DNA of 61,298 bases, taken from IMG/VR virus record IMGVR_UViG_3300049794_000017, positions 1-61,298 of that record. One strand, written 5' to 3'. The stretch comes from a virus (taxonomy: Duplodnaviria; Caudoviricetes). Made by a program: the position numbers and the translations under genes. Under the pieces are notes generated by a model. The model was not told the origin of the DNA. It made no database searches and saw only the letters and a program-made list of their open reading frames with translations. Positions 54,511-61,298 of this stretch are shown here, piece after piece (position 1 is the first letter of the stretch; every line of letters starts with the position of its first letter).

Positions 54511-54772
54511 GCCGCACCCACCTCCCGATCGGCATCTCGTCGCACCGCCACCGCACCATCGCGTCCTCCCACGCCTGCTGCACCGGCGGCAACCAATGCC
54601 GCCAGTCCTCACGGTCCCCGAAGCACCACAGGCAGAAGAACTCGCCGGAGAACCCGTGCAGGTGCCCGGTGCCGGCGTAGGCGCCGATCTCCGGCTCGGT
54701 GGGCGGACGGGACTGGCAGACCGTGACCGTGGGCTTGCGTTGGACCTCCGGACGTAGCGCAGTAACGGTCAT
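54497..54772 (-). CDS. Hypothetical protein
   Basis: ATGA-coupled. Confidence 0.55.
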   Translation of the reverse strand: MTVTALRPEVQRKPTVTVCQSRPPTEPEIGAYAGTGHLHGFSGEFFCLWCFGDREDWRHWLPPVQQAWEDAMVRWRCDEMPIGRWVRRGHP

Positions 54773-55110
54773 GGCCCCTCCGGACTGTCCACATCGGTCT
54801 TTCCGGAGTGGTCACCGTCGATGTCCACAGTGGATGGCCGCCACTCATACTGGGCGCCGCGTATCACGTGCCTCATCGTCGCGATCTGCTCGTCCGTGAC
54901 TGCCGACTCGCTCACCTTGACGTAGCGACCCTCCGCGCCCTCGAACAGGCCCGGCACGAGAAGAAACTCCGGCAGTGGCCACCGATGTTCGCGGCTATCG
55001 AGGATCCGGTCACCGGGCAGCGGGCCGCCCACCGTGCGTACCAGAAGCTGCTCGTACTCCGGCACCTCGCGCAGCAGCACGAACGTGACATCGCGGTCCG
55101 GGTTCACCAC
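54769..55110 (-). CDS. Hypothetical protein
   Basis: GGPLPG...WPLPE...Y.KVSES...HVIRGAQY. Confidence 0.65.
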   Translation of the reverse strand: MVNPDRDVTFVLLREVPEYEQLLVRTVGGPLPGDRILDSREHRWPLPEFLLVPGLFEGAEGRYVKVSESAVTDEQIATMRHVIRGAQYEWRPSTVDIDGDHSGKTDVDSPEGP

Positions 55111-55712
55111 AGCGCATCACCCCTCGCGACCCTCGACGACACCGGCTCGACCGGCACCGTGGTGCGCCAGATGTAGATCACCGCCCCGGGTGTCGGCAGG
55201 GCCATCGGGTCCGTGTCCGGGTACACCTTCGCGAGCCGGCGGTACTGCCAGAACTGCGCGTCGTCGTTCATCACCCCGGCGTCCTTCAGCGCATCCTCCG
55301 TGCCACGCAATAGCTTCAGCACGTCCGGCGTCGTGATCATCCGGCCGCCGGCCTCACGCTTCAGGCTGCCCGGGCGCGGCCAGGTGAATACCACGGTCAT
55401 CTCCAACGGTCCGGTCAACGGGTAGCCCTCCCGCATCGCGGTGCAGCCCGGCTCCGGGCACTGGCAACCCACCTGCTCCCGGGCCGCGTCGACAACCGCC
55501 TGCCGCCACGTCGCGCCCGGGCTGTCCTTGCGGCGCGCCGCGTCGTCAGTCATGTTGATCCGGCCAGTGAACTCCCGCTGCCCGTCCGCCCCCTTGCGGT
55601 AGACGGCGAACGGCTTCTTGCTGCCGGCGGTGCCCGGCTTACCCCACACCACCAGTGCCAGATCCGGACTCGGCTCTGCCTCGCGGTAGAACCGGTTGTC
55701 GGCCGCGTTCAC
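55104..55712 (-). CDS. rusA: RusA-like Holliday junction resolvase
   Basis: GKPGTAGSK, WRQAV, F..PRP, PDVLKLLRGTEDAL...DDAQ. Confidence 0.85.
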   Translation of the reverse strand: MNAADNRFYREAEPSPDLALVVWGKPGTAGSKKPFAVYRKGADGQREFTGRINMTDDAARRKDSPGATWRQAVVDAAREQVGCQCPEPGCTAMREGYPLTGPLEMTVVFTWPRPGSLKREAGGRMITTPDVLKLLRGTEDALKDAGVMNDDAQFWQYRRLAKVYPDTDPMALPTPGAVIYIWRTTVPVEPVSSRVARGDALW

Positions 55713-55942
55713 TTCGACCCTCCGACGCAAATGTCGTGCACGGCGACCGCCGCGCCGGTGTGCCACCCGGCCCTGCGGTCCTCCGGCGCGGTGCCGACAT
55801 ACACCAGCGACACGCTGGTGCCGACCAGCGGTCCATCGCACACCGGACAGTCGTAGGCGTCCAACGGATGCCCGAGCGGGATCGTCTTACCCGTCGCCAC
55901 GATGTGCACCCGGGCGTCACCCGGTACGCGGACGGGGATCAC
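55709..55942 (-). CDS. Small Zn-binding protein
   Basis: CPVCD...VHDIC. Confidence 0.6.
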   Translation of the reverse strand: MIPVRVPGDARVHIVATGKTIPLGHPLDAYDCPVCDGPLVGTSVSLVYVGTAPEDRRAGWHTGAAVAVHDICVGGSK

Positions 55943-56289
55943 CGGGCCACCTCCGGCGCCACCACGAGCCGGTTACCGCGGCGCCGCACCCAACCACGCG
56001 CCGCCTCCAGCAGCCGCCGCCCGTGGCGGTCCTTGCAGTACACCCGGTGAATCCACACCCACACCAGCGGCCACAAGATCGCACCCATCCAATCCAGCCA
56101 CATACGCGGCGGGGACAGCATCTCCGTCGTGACGAACCCGGCCATCGCGGTCGGACATACCACCCGCCAGACCCGGCGTACCCACACGACCTCCCGGCGC
56201 ACTATCGACAACAACGCCATCACGTTCGCACCGGTCGACCACGCGTACATGGCCACGGTGCCGACGACCAGCACCACATCCCGCATCAC
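55939..56289 (-). CDS. Membrane protein
   Basis: Three hydrophobic segments; basic tail RLVVAP. Confidence 0.6.
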   Translation of the reverse strand: MMRDVVLVVGTVAMYAWSTGANVMALLSIVRREVVWVRRVWRVVCPTAMAGFVTTEMLSPPRMWLDWMGAILWPLVWVWIHRVYCKDRHGRRLLEAARGWVRRRGNRLVVAPEVAR

Positions 56290-56861
56290 AGACTCCTCAC
56301 CGCGTCGACGATCGGACGCTCCCACCAACGCAGCGGACGTTCCCGCGGCGGCCCCTCGCCGGTGCCGCCGCACGTCGGGCACGGTCGGTCCGTCTCCCGC
56401 CACCCCTCGGCGTCTCCGGGCAGCTGCGGCAGTGGGGACATCTCCCACTCGGTGCCGGACCCGCCGCAGTCCTCGCAGTCGGTCTCAACGACCACCGTCC
56501 TGACCCGGGTCGCCACCAGGTCGTCGGCGGTGACCTCCCAGTGCCGGCCGGCGAACGTGATCCCGCCCGGCTGGAAAGCGCCCACCGCCAGCCCGCGGGC
56601 CAGGTGGTTGAACGTGTCCGCGGTGCCGCCCTCACCCTTGCGCGGCTTGGACCGGAACATCAACTGGTCACCGCGGGACGCGACCGCCTCCGCCGACTGC
56701 TGCGCCCACACGACGCGGGTCCGGTCGCGCTGCTCGCTGGGCATCGCCCGCAGCTGCGCGATCCACAGCGGCACCGCGGCCTCCAGGCTGACCAGCAGCA
56801 CGTCGCCGTTCGGGCTCTCGTCCAGGCGGGCCTGCATCTCAACGTCGTGGCGGCGGCCCAT
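56286..56861 (-). CDS. Hypothetical protein with DnaJ-type Zn finger
   Basis: AVPLWI...GD.LMF...FNHLARGLA...PGGITFAG; CEDCGGSG/CPTCGGTG. Confidence 0.7.
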   Translation of the reverse strand: MGRRHDVEMQARLDESPNGDVLLVSLEAAVPLWIAQLRAMPSEQRDRTRVVWAQQSAEAVASRGDQLMFRSKPRKGEGGTADTFNHLARGLAVGAFQPGGITFAGRHWEVTADDLVATRVRTVVVETDCEDCGGSGTEWEMSPLPQLPGDAEGWRETDRPCPTCGGTGEGPPRERPLRWWERPIVDAVRSL

Positions 56862-57307
56862 CAATCCTCGACCTCCAGCCACGCGAGCAGGTCAAAGAGC
56901 GTCGGCGCGAGGTAGTCGACCATGCGGTACATCAGCTCCGGCTCGACCTCATCCCCCAGCAGGACCGCGGTGCGCTTGCCGACGCCCACAGCCCAGCCCA
57001 GCTCCAGGTGCGCCGACTTGCCGCACGGCAGCACCAGCACGAATGCGTCGGCCCGTTGCATAGCGTCGAAGTCGGCGTCGAAGCCCTCGACGGCCCGCGG
57101 GTGGTCGAGCATCTTCAGGTAGACGCCGACCGGCTCCGACCGGGAGAACGGTGTTCCACCGATCTGCTCCCATCCGAACCCGGCCCCGCCCGGCGGGTTG
57201 CGGAAGTCGTAGCAGTCGATGCCGGCGGCGCGCAGCACCGCGATGACAGCGGGCTGCATCGGGCAGCGCCAGGACGACGCCACATAGACGTACCTCGGCC
57301 GGCTCAC
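56861..57307 (-). CDS. Nucleoside 2-deoxyribosyltransferase-like protein
   Basis: YVASSWR...YDFRNP...D..AMQRAD..VLVLPCGKSAHLELGW. Confidence 0.75.
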   Translation of the reverse strand: MSRPRYVYVASSWRCPMQPAVIAVLRAAGIDCYDFRNPPGGAGFGWEQIGGTPFSRSEPVGVYLKMLDHPRAVEGFDADFDAMQRADAFVLVLPCGKSAHLELGWAVGVGKRTAVLLGDEVEPELMYRMVDYLAPTLFDLLAWLEVED

Positions 57308-57816
57308 CGTGACACCGCCTGCGGCAACAGACCCTGATTGCGGGCCTTACGCAACGCCGACTGCAACGACAACGGCTTCATGTTCAACCGCTCAGCAATG
57401 ACCGCGTCGGTGTTACCCGCCGACCGCAACAACAGGTACTCCTCCACCACATCAGCCAACGGCAACCCGCCCCGCCGGTACGGGTAGTTCGTCAACGTCG
57501 CGTCCTTCTTGCACACCGCCCAGCACGCATCACACAACCCGCGCCCCGCGATCGGGCGGTCCTTCAGACACCGCACACACGTGCCCTCAGGGTGGCCACG
57601 GCGGGCCCGGTGCCGCCGGGCCGCACCCGGCGGCGGCGCCACCTCCACCAGCCCATCAAGGATGAACGACCCGGCCCGGCACGCGTCGGCAACCAGCGCC
57701 GCCAGCCGACCCGGCTCCAGCAACATCAGGTTCCCGGGGCGGAACACGCACGTAGAACACTTCGCCGACAGCAGCCGGGCCCTGCCGGTCGCCGGGTCGG
57801 ACACGTCGACGCTCAT
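57304..57816 (-). CDS. Apparent fusion: Cys-rich domain + Zn finger/HTH
   Basis: KCSTCVFRPGN; CVRC...GRGLCDAC; DAVIAERLNMKPLSLQSAL. Confidence 0.6.
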   Translation of the reverse strand: MSVDVSDPATGRARLLSAKCSTCVFRPGNLMLLEPGRLAALVADACRAGSFILDGLVEVAPPPGAARRHRARRGHPEGTCVRCLKDRPIAGRGLCDACWAVCKKDATLTNYPYRRGGLPLADVVEEYLLLRSAGNTDAVIAERLNMKPLSLQSALRKARNQGLLPQAVSR

Positions 57817-57944
57817 GACGGTGACCTCCGTCCCTGGGTGCGGTGCTGGTCCGCGAAGACGCCGTGGCCGCGTAGCAGGTCGCTGATCTCGGCGATGCTC
57901 TTGCTGCTGGGTACCTCGGTGCGCGAGGCGTAGCGGGTGGCCAT
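57813..57944 (-). pseudogene. Short or truncated ORF
   Basis: MATRYASRTEVPSSKSIAEI resembles the N-terminus of a longer phage family; only 43 aa. Confidence 0.4.
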
Positions 57945-59098
57945 CAGTCGCCTCCCGGCACGCCGTCGTCGCCGGAGATCGCGCCTCGCGGAAGCCCCAG
58001 CAACTGCTCCAGGTACACCACCGGCTCCGGGTTAGTCAGCGCCCGCTCCAACGTCTCGACCAGCTTCAACGCCTCGTCACCGGTCAACTCGTTCGCCGAC
58101 TTCAGCTGCCGGTCCGCCGGGCGCTGCACAATGCTCGACGAGATCCCCAACCGGGTCGGCCGGTCGCTGATGCCCAGATCCTTGAACCGGGCCAGGATCC
58201 GGTTACGCAGTTGAGGCGCCAAGGGGTCAACCTTGCCTGCAGCGACCGGCTCGGGTGGCGGAGTCTGCTCCGGCGGGTCGGTGGCCGGCGGCGCGGTGTG
58301 GGTGATCTCGTCGGCGGTGACCTGTGGCGGCGGGAACTCCTCCTCCTTGGTCACCTCACCCCGCTGCAACGCCGTCCTGATCACACCCAGCTGCGCCAGG
58401 TCGTACTCCGTCCACGCCCCCGACTTGCGTGCCAGCTTGCCCTCCAGCTGGTCGACGGTGATGCCGACCGACCCGTACCAGCCGATGCAGTTCGCGATCC
58501 GCTGCGGCAGCGGCACACCGTTGGTGCTGCCCGCGATCGTCGCCGCACACAACTCGATCGCCCGTTCCCTAAACCACACCGGCAGCACCGCGAAGATCTG
58601 CTCGCGAACCCGGCGGGCGCCCATGTTGGCATTGTTCTCGTAGATGTCGCGCAGCTCCGGCAACGCCTGCCGGGGCTTGTCCTTGACATCACGGGCGTGC
58701 GGCACAATGAAGATCGCCGACGCGCGGGTATTGCTCTGCAGATCCCACGCGAAAGCCAACACCTCCGACTGCCCAGCATCCAGGTCGCGGCGCAGCTCGG
58801 CGACGCTGTACTGAATGTTGCCGAAGCACCGCGCCAATTCGCGGGCCAGGTGGATGGAGGGCCCGGTGACCTGCTGCCCGCCACGCGGATACCGGTAGAA
58901 CGACCGGTCCGCCAGGGTCTTCTGCGCGCAGGCCTGCTCCATCTCACTGATGGCGTTGGCGATGATGCGGGGACGCTGCTGCGCCACCACGATCGCGGCC
59001 TGCACCTCCGCGACCGCGCGGGACTGCTCGATCGCCGTGCCCTGCCCCAGATGCGTAGGCACCGGGGCCGCCTGGTGGCGCTCGACGGCGGCGGTCAT
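57944..59098 (-). CDS. Probable single-strand annealing recombinase
   Basis: AVAEVQA...YRYPRGG...GPSIHLARELA...GN...AWDLQSN; next to the RecE-like exonuclease. Confidence 0.65.
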   Translation of the reverse strand: MTAAVERHQAAPVPTHLGQGTAIEQSRAVAEVQAAIVVAQQRPRIIANAISEMEQACAQKTLADRSFYRYPRGGQQVTGPSIHLARELARCFGNIQYSVAELRRDLDAGQSEVLAFAWDLQSNTRASAIFIVPHARDVKDKPRQALPELRDIYENNANMGARRVREQIFAVLPVWFRERAIELCAATIAGSTNGVPLPQRIANCIGWYGSVGITVDQLEGKLARKSGAWTEYDLAQLGVIRTALQRGEVTKEEEFPPPQVTADEITHTAPPATDPPEQTPPPEPVAAGKVDPLAPQLRNRILARFKDLGISDRPTRLGISSSIVQRPADRQLKSANELTGDEALKLVETLERALTNPEPVVYLEQLLGLPRGAISGDDGVPGGD

Positions 59099-59451
59099 GA
59101 CTGAACCGCCCATCCGCTGATGAACTTGCGGAACTCCTCCGGATGGTCATACAGGCCGGAGAACATCGCCATGCCCAGGAAATCGTGGGTTCCGATGTAG
59201 CGGGTGCCGTCGTGCTTGTTCACGTCGGATGCGAATGACGCCCAGGCGTGCGGCATGTCGCCCCGGTTGGCGTACTCCATCGCGCGCTCGACGCACCAGG
59301 CCAGATGCGCGCGCCCACCCATCTCGGTGGTGGTGTCGGTCTCGTCGTCGGTCATGTGGCCAGCTCCGCAATCGCCGCCCATCCCGCCCTGGCTGTATCC
59401 GTCATAGTCGCTGCGGTACTTCTCGTAGGTGCCGTCGTCGTCAGTGCTCAC
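59095..59451 (-). CDS. Hypothetical protein
   Basis: HLAWCVERAMEY...A.ASF.SD..KH. Confidence 0.7.
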   Translation of the reverse strand: MSTDDDGTYEKYRSDYDGYSQGGMGGDCGAGHMTDDETDTTTEMGGRAHLAWCVERAMEYANRGDMPHAWASFASDVNKHDGTRYIGTHDFLGMAMFSGLYDHPEEFRKFISGWAVQS

Positions 59452-60314
59452 CAGGACTCCGTTTCATACTGCCGCTCAATCCACGGGGGAAGACTCACCC
59501 ACGGGACCTCTGTGTCCTCATCGCCGTACCCCGGCCACCGCCCGGACTCCACGCAATCCCGGTAGCGCTCCAACGCCTCCCGGTTGCGTTGCCGCCCGAT
59601 CCGCATCGCCACCGGGTCCGGCGACACCAGGTTGATCAGGTGGGGCGGGTCCTTCTCCTGGAAGCACAGGACGAACACCGCGTCCTCAGCCAGACCCAAC
59701 GCCTTGACCAGGTCGACGTACCAATCGCCCTGCAGGTGGTACCCGTAGCTCGCGATGGCCCGCTGAACCGCGTCGGGTGCCGCCGACTCGCACGTCTTGT
59801 AGTCCGGTATCACGAGCCGGGAACCGGCTTTGACACCCAACCAGTCCAGCATCGCTCGCCGCCACACCCCGGTCGCCGGGTCCTGATACACCAACGTCTG
59901 CTCCGGCTGGCCGTAGCCGGGGTCGAACAGGAACTTGGCCCACCGGTGTTCCCGCACCGCGGCGGCCATCGCCTTCGCCCGGTCCAGGTCTTTGGTGAGG
60001 ATCGGGGTGAGGCCGGCGGCGTGAGCGTCGGCCTTCGCCTTTTTCGCCAGGTTGGTGCGCCAGTCGTCGGCCTTTACCTCGGCGATCTCGGCGCCACGAC
60101 CAAGGACCAGGCGGTGGGCGACGTGGCCAAAGTCGTAGATGTCTTTCGGCTTCTCTGGGTGATCAGCCCAGTATCGGAACGCGGCCGGGCAGGAGGGCGG
60201 CAGCAGCAGCCGGGCGCCGGAGGACGACAGGCTGCCGCCCTCCACCGGATCCGCGTGGTATTCCGCGGCCGGCAGGTTGTAGACGCCCGGCGCGGTGATC
60301 TGCTCCGCCATCAC
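59448..60314 (-). CDS. RecE/exonuclease VIII-like PD-(D/E)XK nuclease (DUF3799)
   Basis: EYHAD...LSSSG...FGHVAH; RAMLD; DYKT; YGYHLQ..WY; QEKDPPH; WPGY. Confidence 0.85.
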   Translation of the reverse strand: MMAEQITAPGVYNLPAAEYHADPVEGGSLSSSGARLLLPPSCPAAFRYWADHPEKPKDIYDFGHVAHRLVLGRGAEIAEVKADDWRTNLAKKAKADAHAAGLTPILTKDLDRAKAMAAAVREHRWAKFLFDPGYGQPEQTLVYQDPATGVWRRAMLDWLGVKAGSRLVIPDYKTCESAAPDAVQRAIASYGYHLQGDWYVDLVKALGLAEDAVFVLCFQEKDPPHLINLVSPDPVAMRIGRQRNREALERYRDCVESGRWPGYGDEDTEVPWVSLPPWIERQYETESW

Positions 60315-60582
60315 ATCGGCCTTTGTCGCTCAGGCTGATCGGGATCTTGTCGGCGATAAGTGCGGTTACTGCCGACACGCCTCATAGAGCGTCGTCGTTT
60401 GACCCCACACGCTTCGCAGCATGTGATCGCGTCTGAGCGAACCGGCCAGAAGACCTTGGGCCGGCCGTCCTTGTCCAGGCAGACCGGACATTCCTTGGCG
60501 ACGGTGCCGTGGCCGCCAGATAGAGATCCACGGTCTGGCCCTTGTGCATCTGCCGGAACCGCTGTACTGCAATGTGTGGCAT
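60311..60582 (-). pseudogene. Frameshifted Zn-finger ORF
   Basis: AAGGAG RBS + MPHIAV...VDLY, then a shift at ~60520 to KECPVC...F.P.RSDAITCCEAC. Confidence 0.5.
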
Positions 60583-60721
60583 TCTCCTTTTCCCCTCTGC
60601 TGGTCGGGCCCACCTGGTCGGGGCCGTCCTTTGTGGGCCGGTGGGATTCGGACCCACTGCCGGCGCCCCCCTGGCCGCCGCGCGAACCTGCCGGTCGCCT
60701 TGCCTAGCGCTCCAGTTCCAC

Positions 60722-61276
60722 TCACTCATGGCCCTCACCTCCCCCGGCAGGCCAGCACCTCGCGCACGGCTTGCCGTCGTACCCCTCGACGACCTCCATC
60801 AATGGCCGGATCGAACCGGTACGGGTCGACCGCCCACACTTGGTTCCGCCGCCCGGCAGCGGGTCGTGGAACTCGACGCCCTGCCGGGCCGCCGCGATCC
60901 ACACCACCGGCGGCGTCCGCAACTCCCGTACCGCCGCGATGAACGCGTCCAGCTCCCGGCTCAACTGCTCCAACGCGATCAGCAGCGGCTCGTCGGCGCG
61001 TTCGGCGACCGTGCCCGGCTCCAGGAAGTCGCCGGTCACCAGCCGCAGTTCGCCGCGGGCGGTGTCCAACGCGGCACGGGCCGAGGACCGCCACGACCGG
61101 TACCGCTGGGCCGGGTCCTCATCGGCGGGCGCCTCACCGGTCGCGTTACCCGGGGTAGCGGAGTCGACGACCCCGCCCGGAGTCGGCACGTCCGGCCAGG
61201 TGTCCTCCCGCTCGTCCTCGGCGGCGGTGACGCCCTCCGGCTCGTCGTCCTGCTGGGGGGAAGAGTCGGCCGGCGC
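60722..61276 (-). CDS. 3' part of the junction-spanning gene that starts at 519
   Basis: Open from 61276 (APADSSPQQDD...) into ORF 60722-61189; C-terminal H...TKCG...PCARCW Zn motif. Confidence 0.8.
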   Translation of the reverse strand, partial: APADSSPQQDDEPEGVTAAEDEREDTWPDVPTPGGVVDSATPGNATGEAPADEDPAQRYRSWRSSARAALDTARGELRLVTGDFLEPGTVAERADEPLLIALEQLSRELDAFIAAVRELRTPPVVWIAAARQGVEFHDPLPGGGTKCGRSTRTGSIRPLMEVVEGYDGKPCARCWPAGGGEGHE

Positions 61277-61298
61277 GGGCCCGACTCCCGCGCCGGCC
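61277..61298. repeat. Terminal direct repeat, copy 2
   Basis: Identical to 1-22. Confidence 0.95.

Overview
The window is an apparently complete, circularly permuted, GC-rich temperate siphovirus of an actinobacterium; a Micromonosporaceae-like host is my inference from gene content. The first and last 22 bp are identical, and a gene reads in frame across that junction. Most genes lie on the - strand: recombination and replication (RecE-like exonuclease, probable SSAP, RusA, DnaB-N/AAA_25 helicase with adjacent repeats), a second virion/accessory cluster with a GH135/spherulin-4 hydrolase, HNH, tRNA(CAT), thermonuclease, terminase, HK97 portal, ClpP+U35 double protease, capsid, tail and a lysis cassette. 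A divergent Cro/repressor switch precedes a small tyrosine integrase. The main finding is a + strand operon at 8651-10362. It encodes a 208-aa protein with RAMP/Cas7-like motifs and a translationally coupled ParB/Srx-like gene. These are followed by a 353-bp non-coding array of 65 GG(C/T/A)NN pentamers, divided into blocks by seven 4-mers and closed by a hairpin. This looks like a minimal RNA-guided system whose information lies in the variable NN dinucleotides, and it matches my recollection of the VIPR-type architecture. Its promoter carries copies of an operator-like box also found in the immunity switch. Other candidates are four stem-loops with a conserved loop and varying stems in the capsid leader, and a ~590-nt T-loop-rich putative ncRNA under RHH control. 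Several genes are frameshifted, which could be assembly error or decay. All functional calls come from motif recognition by eye; no searches were run.
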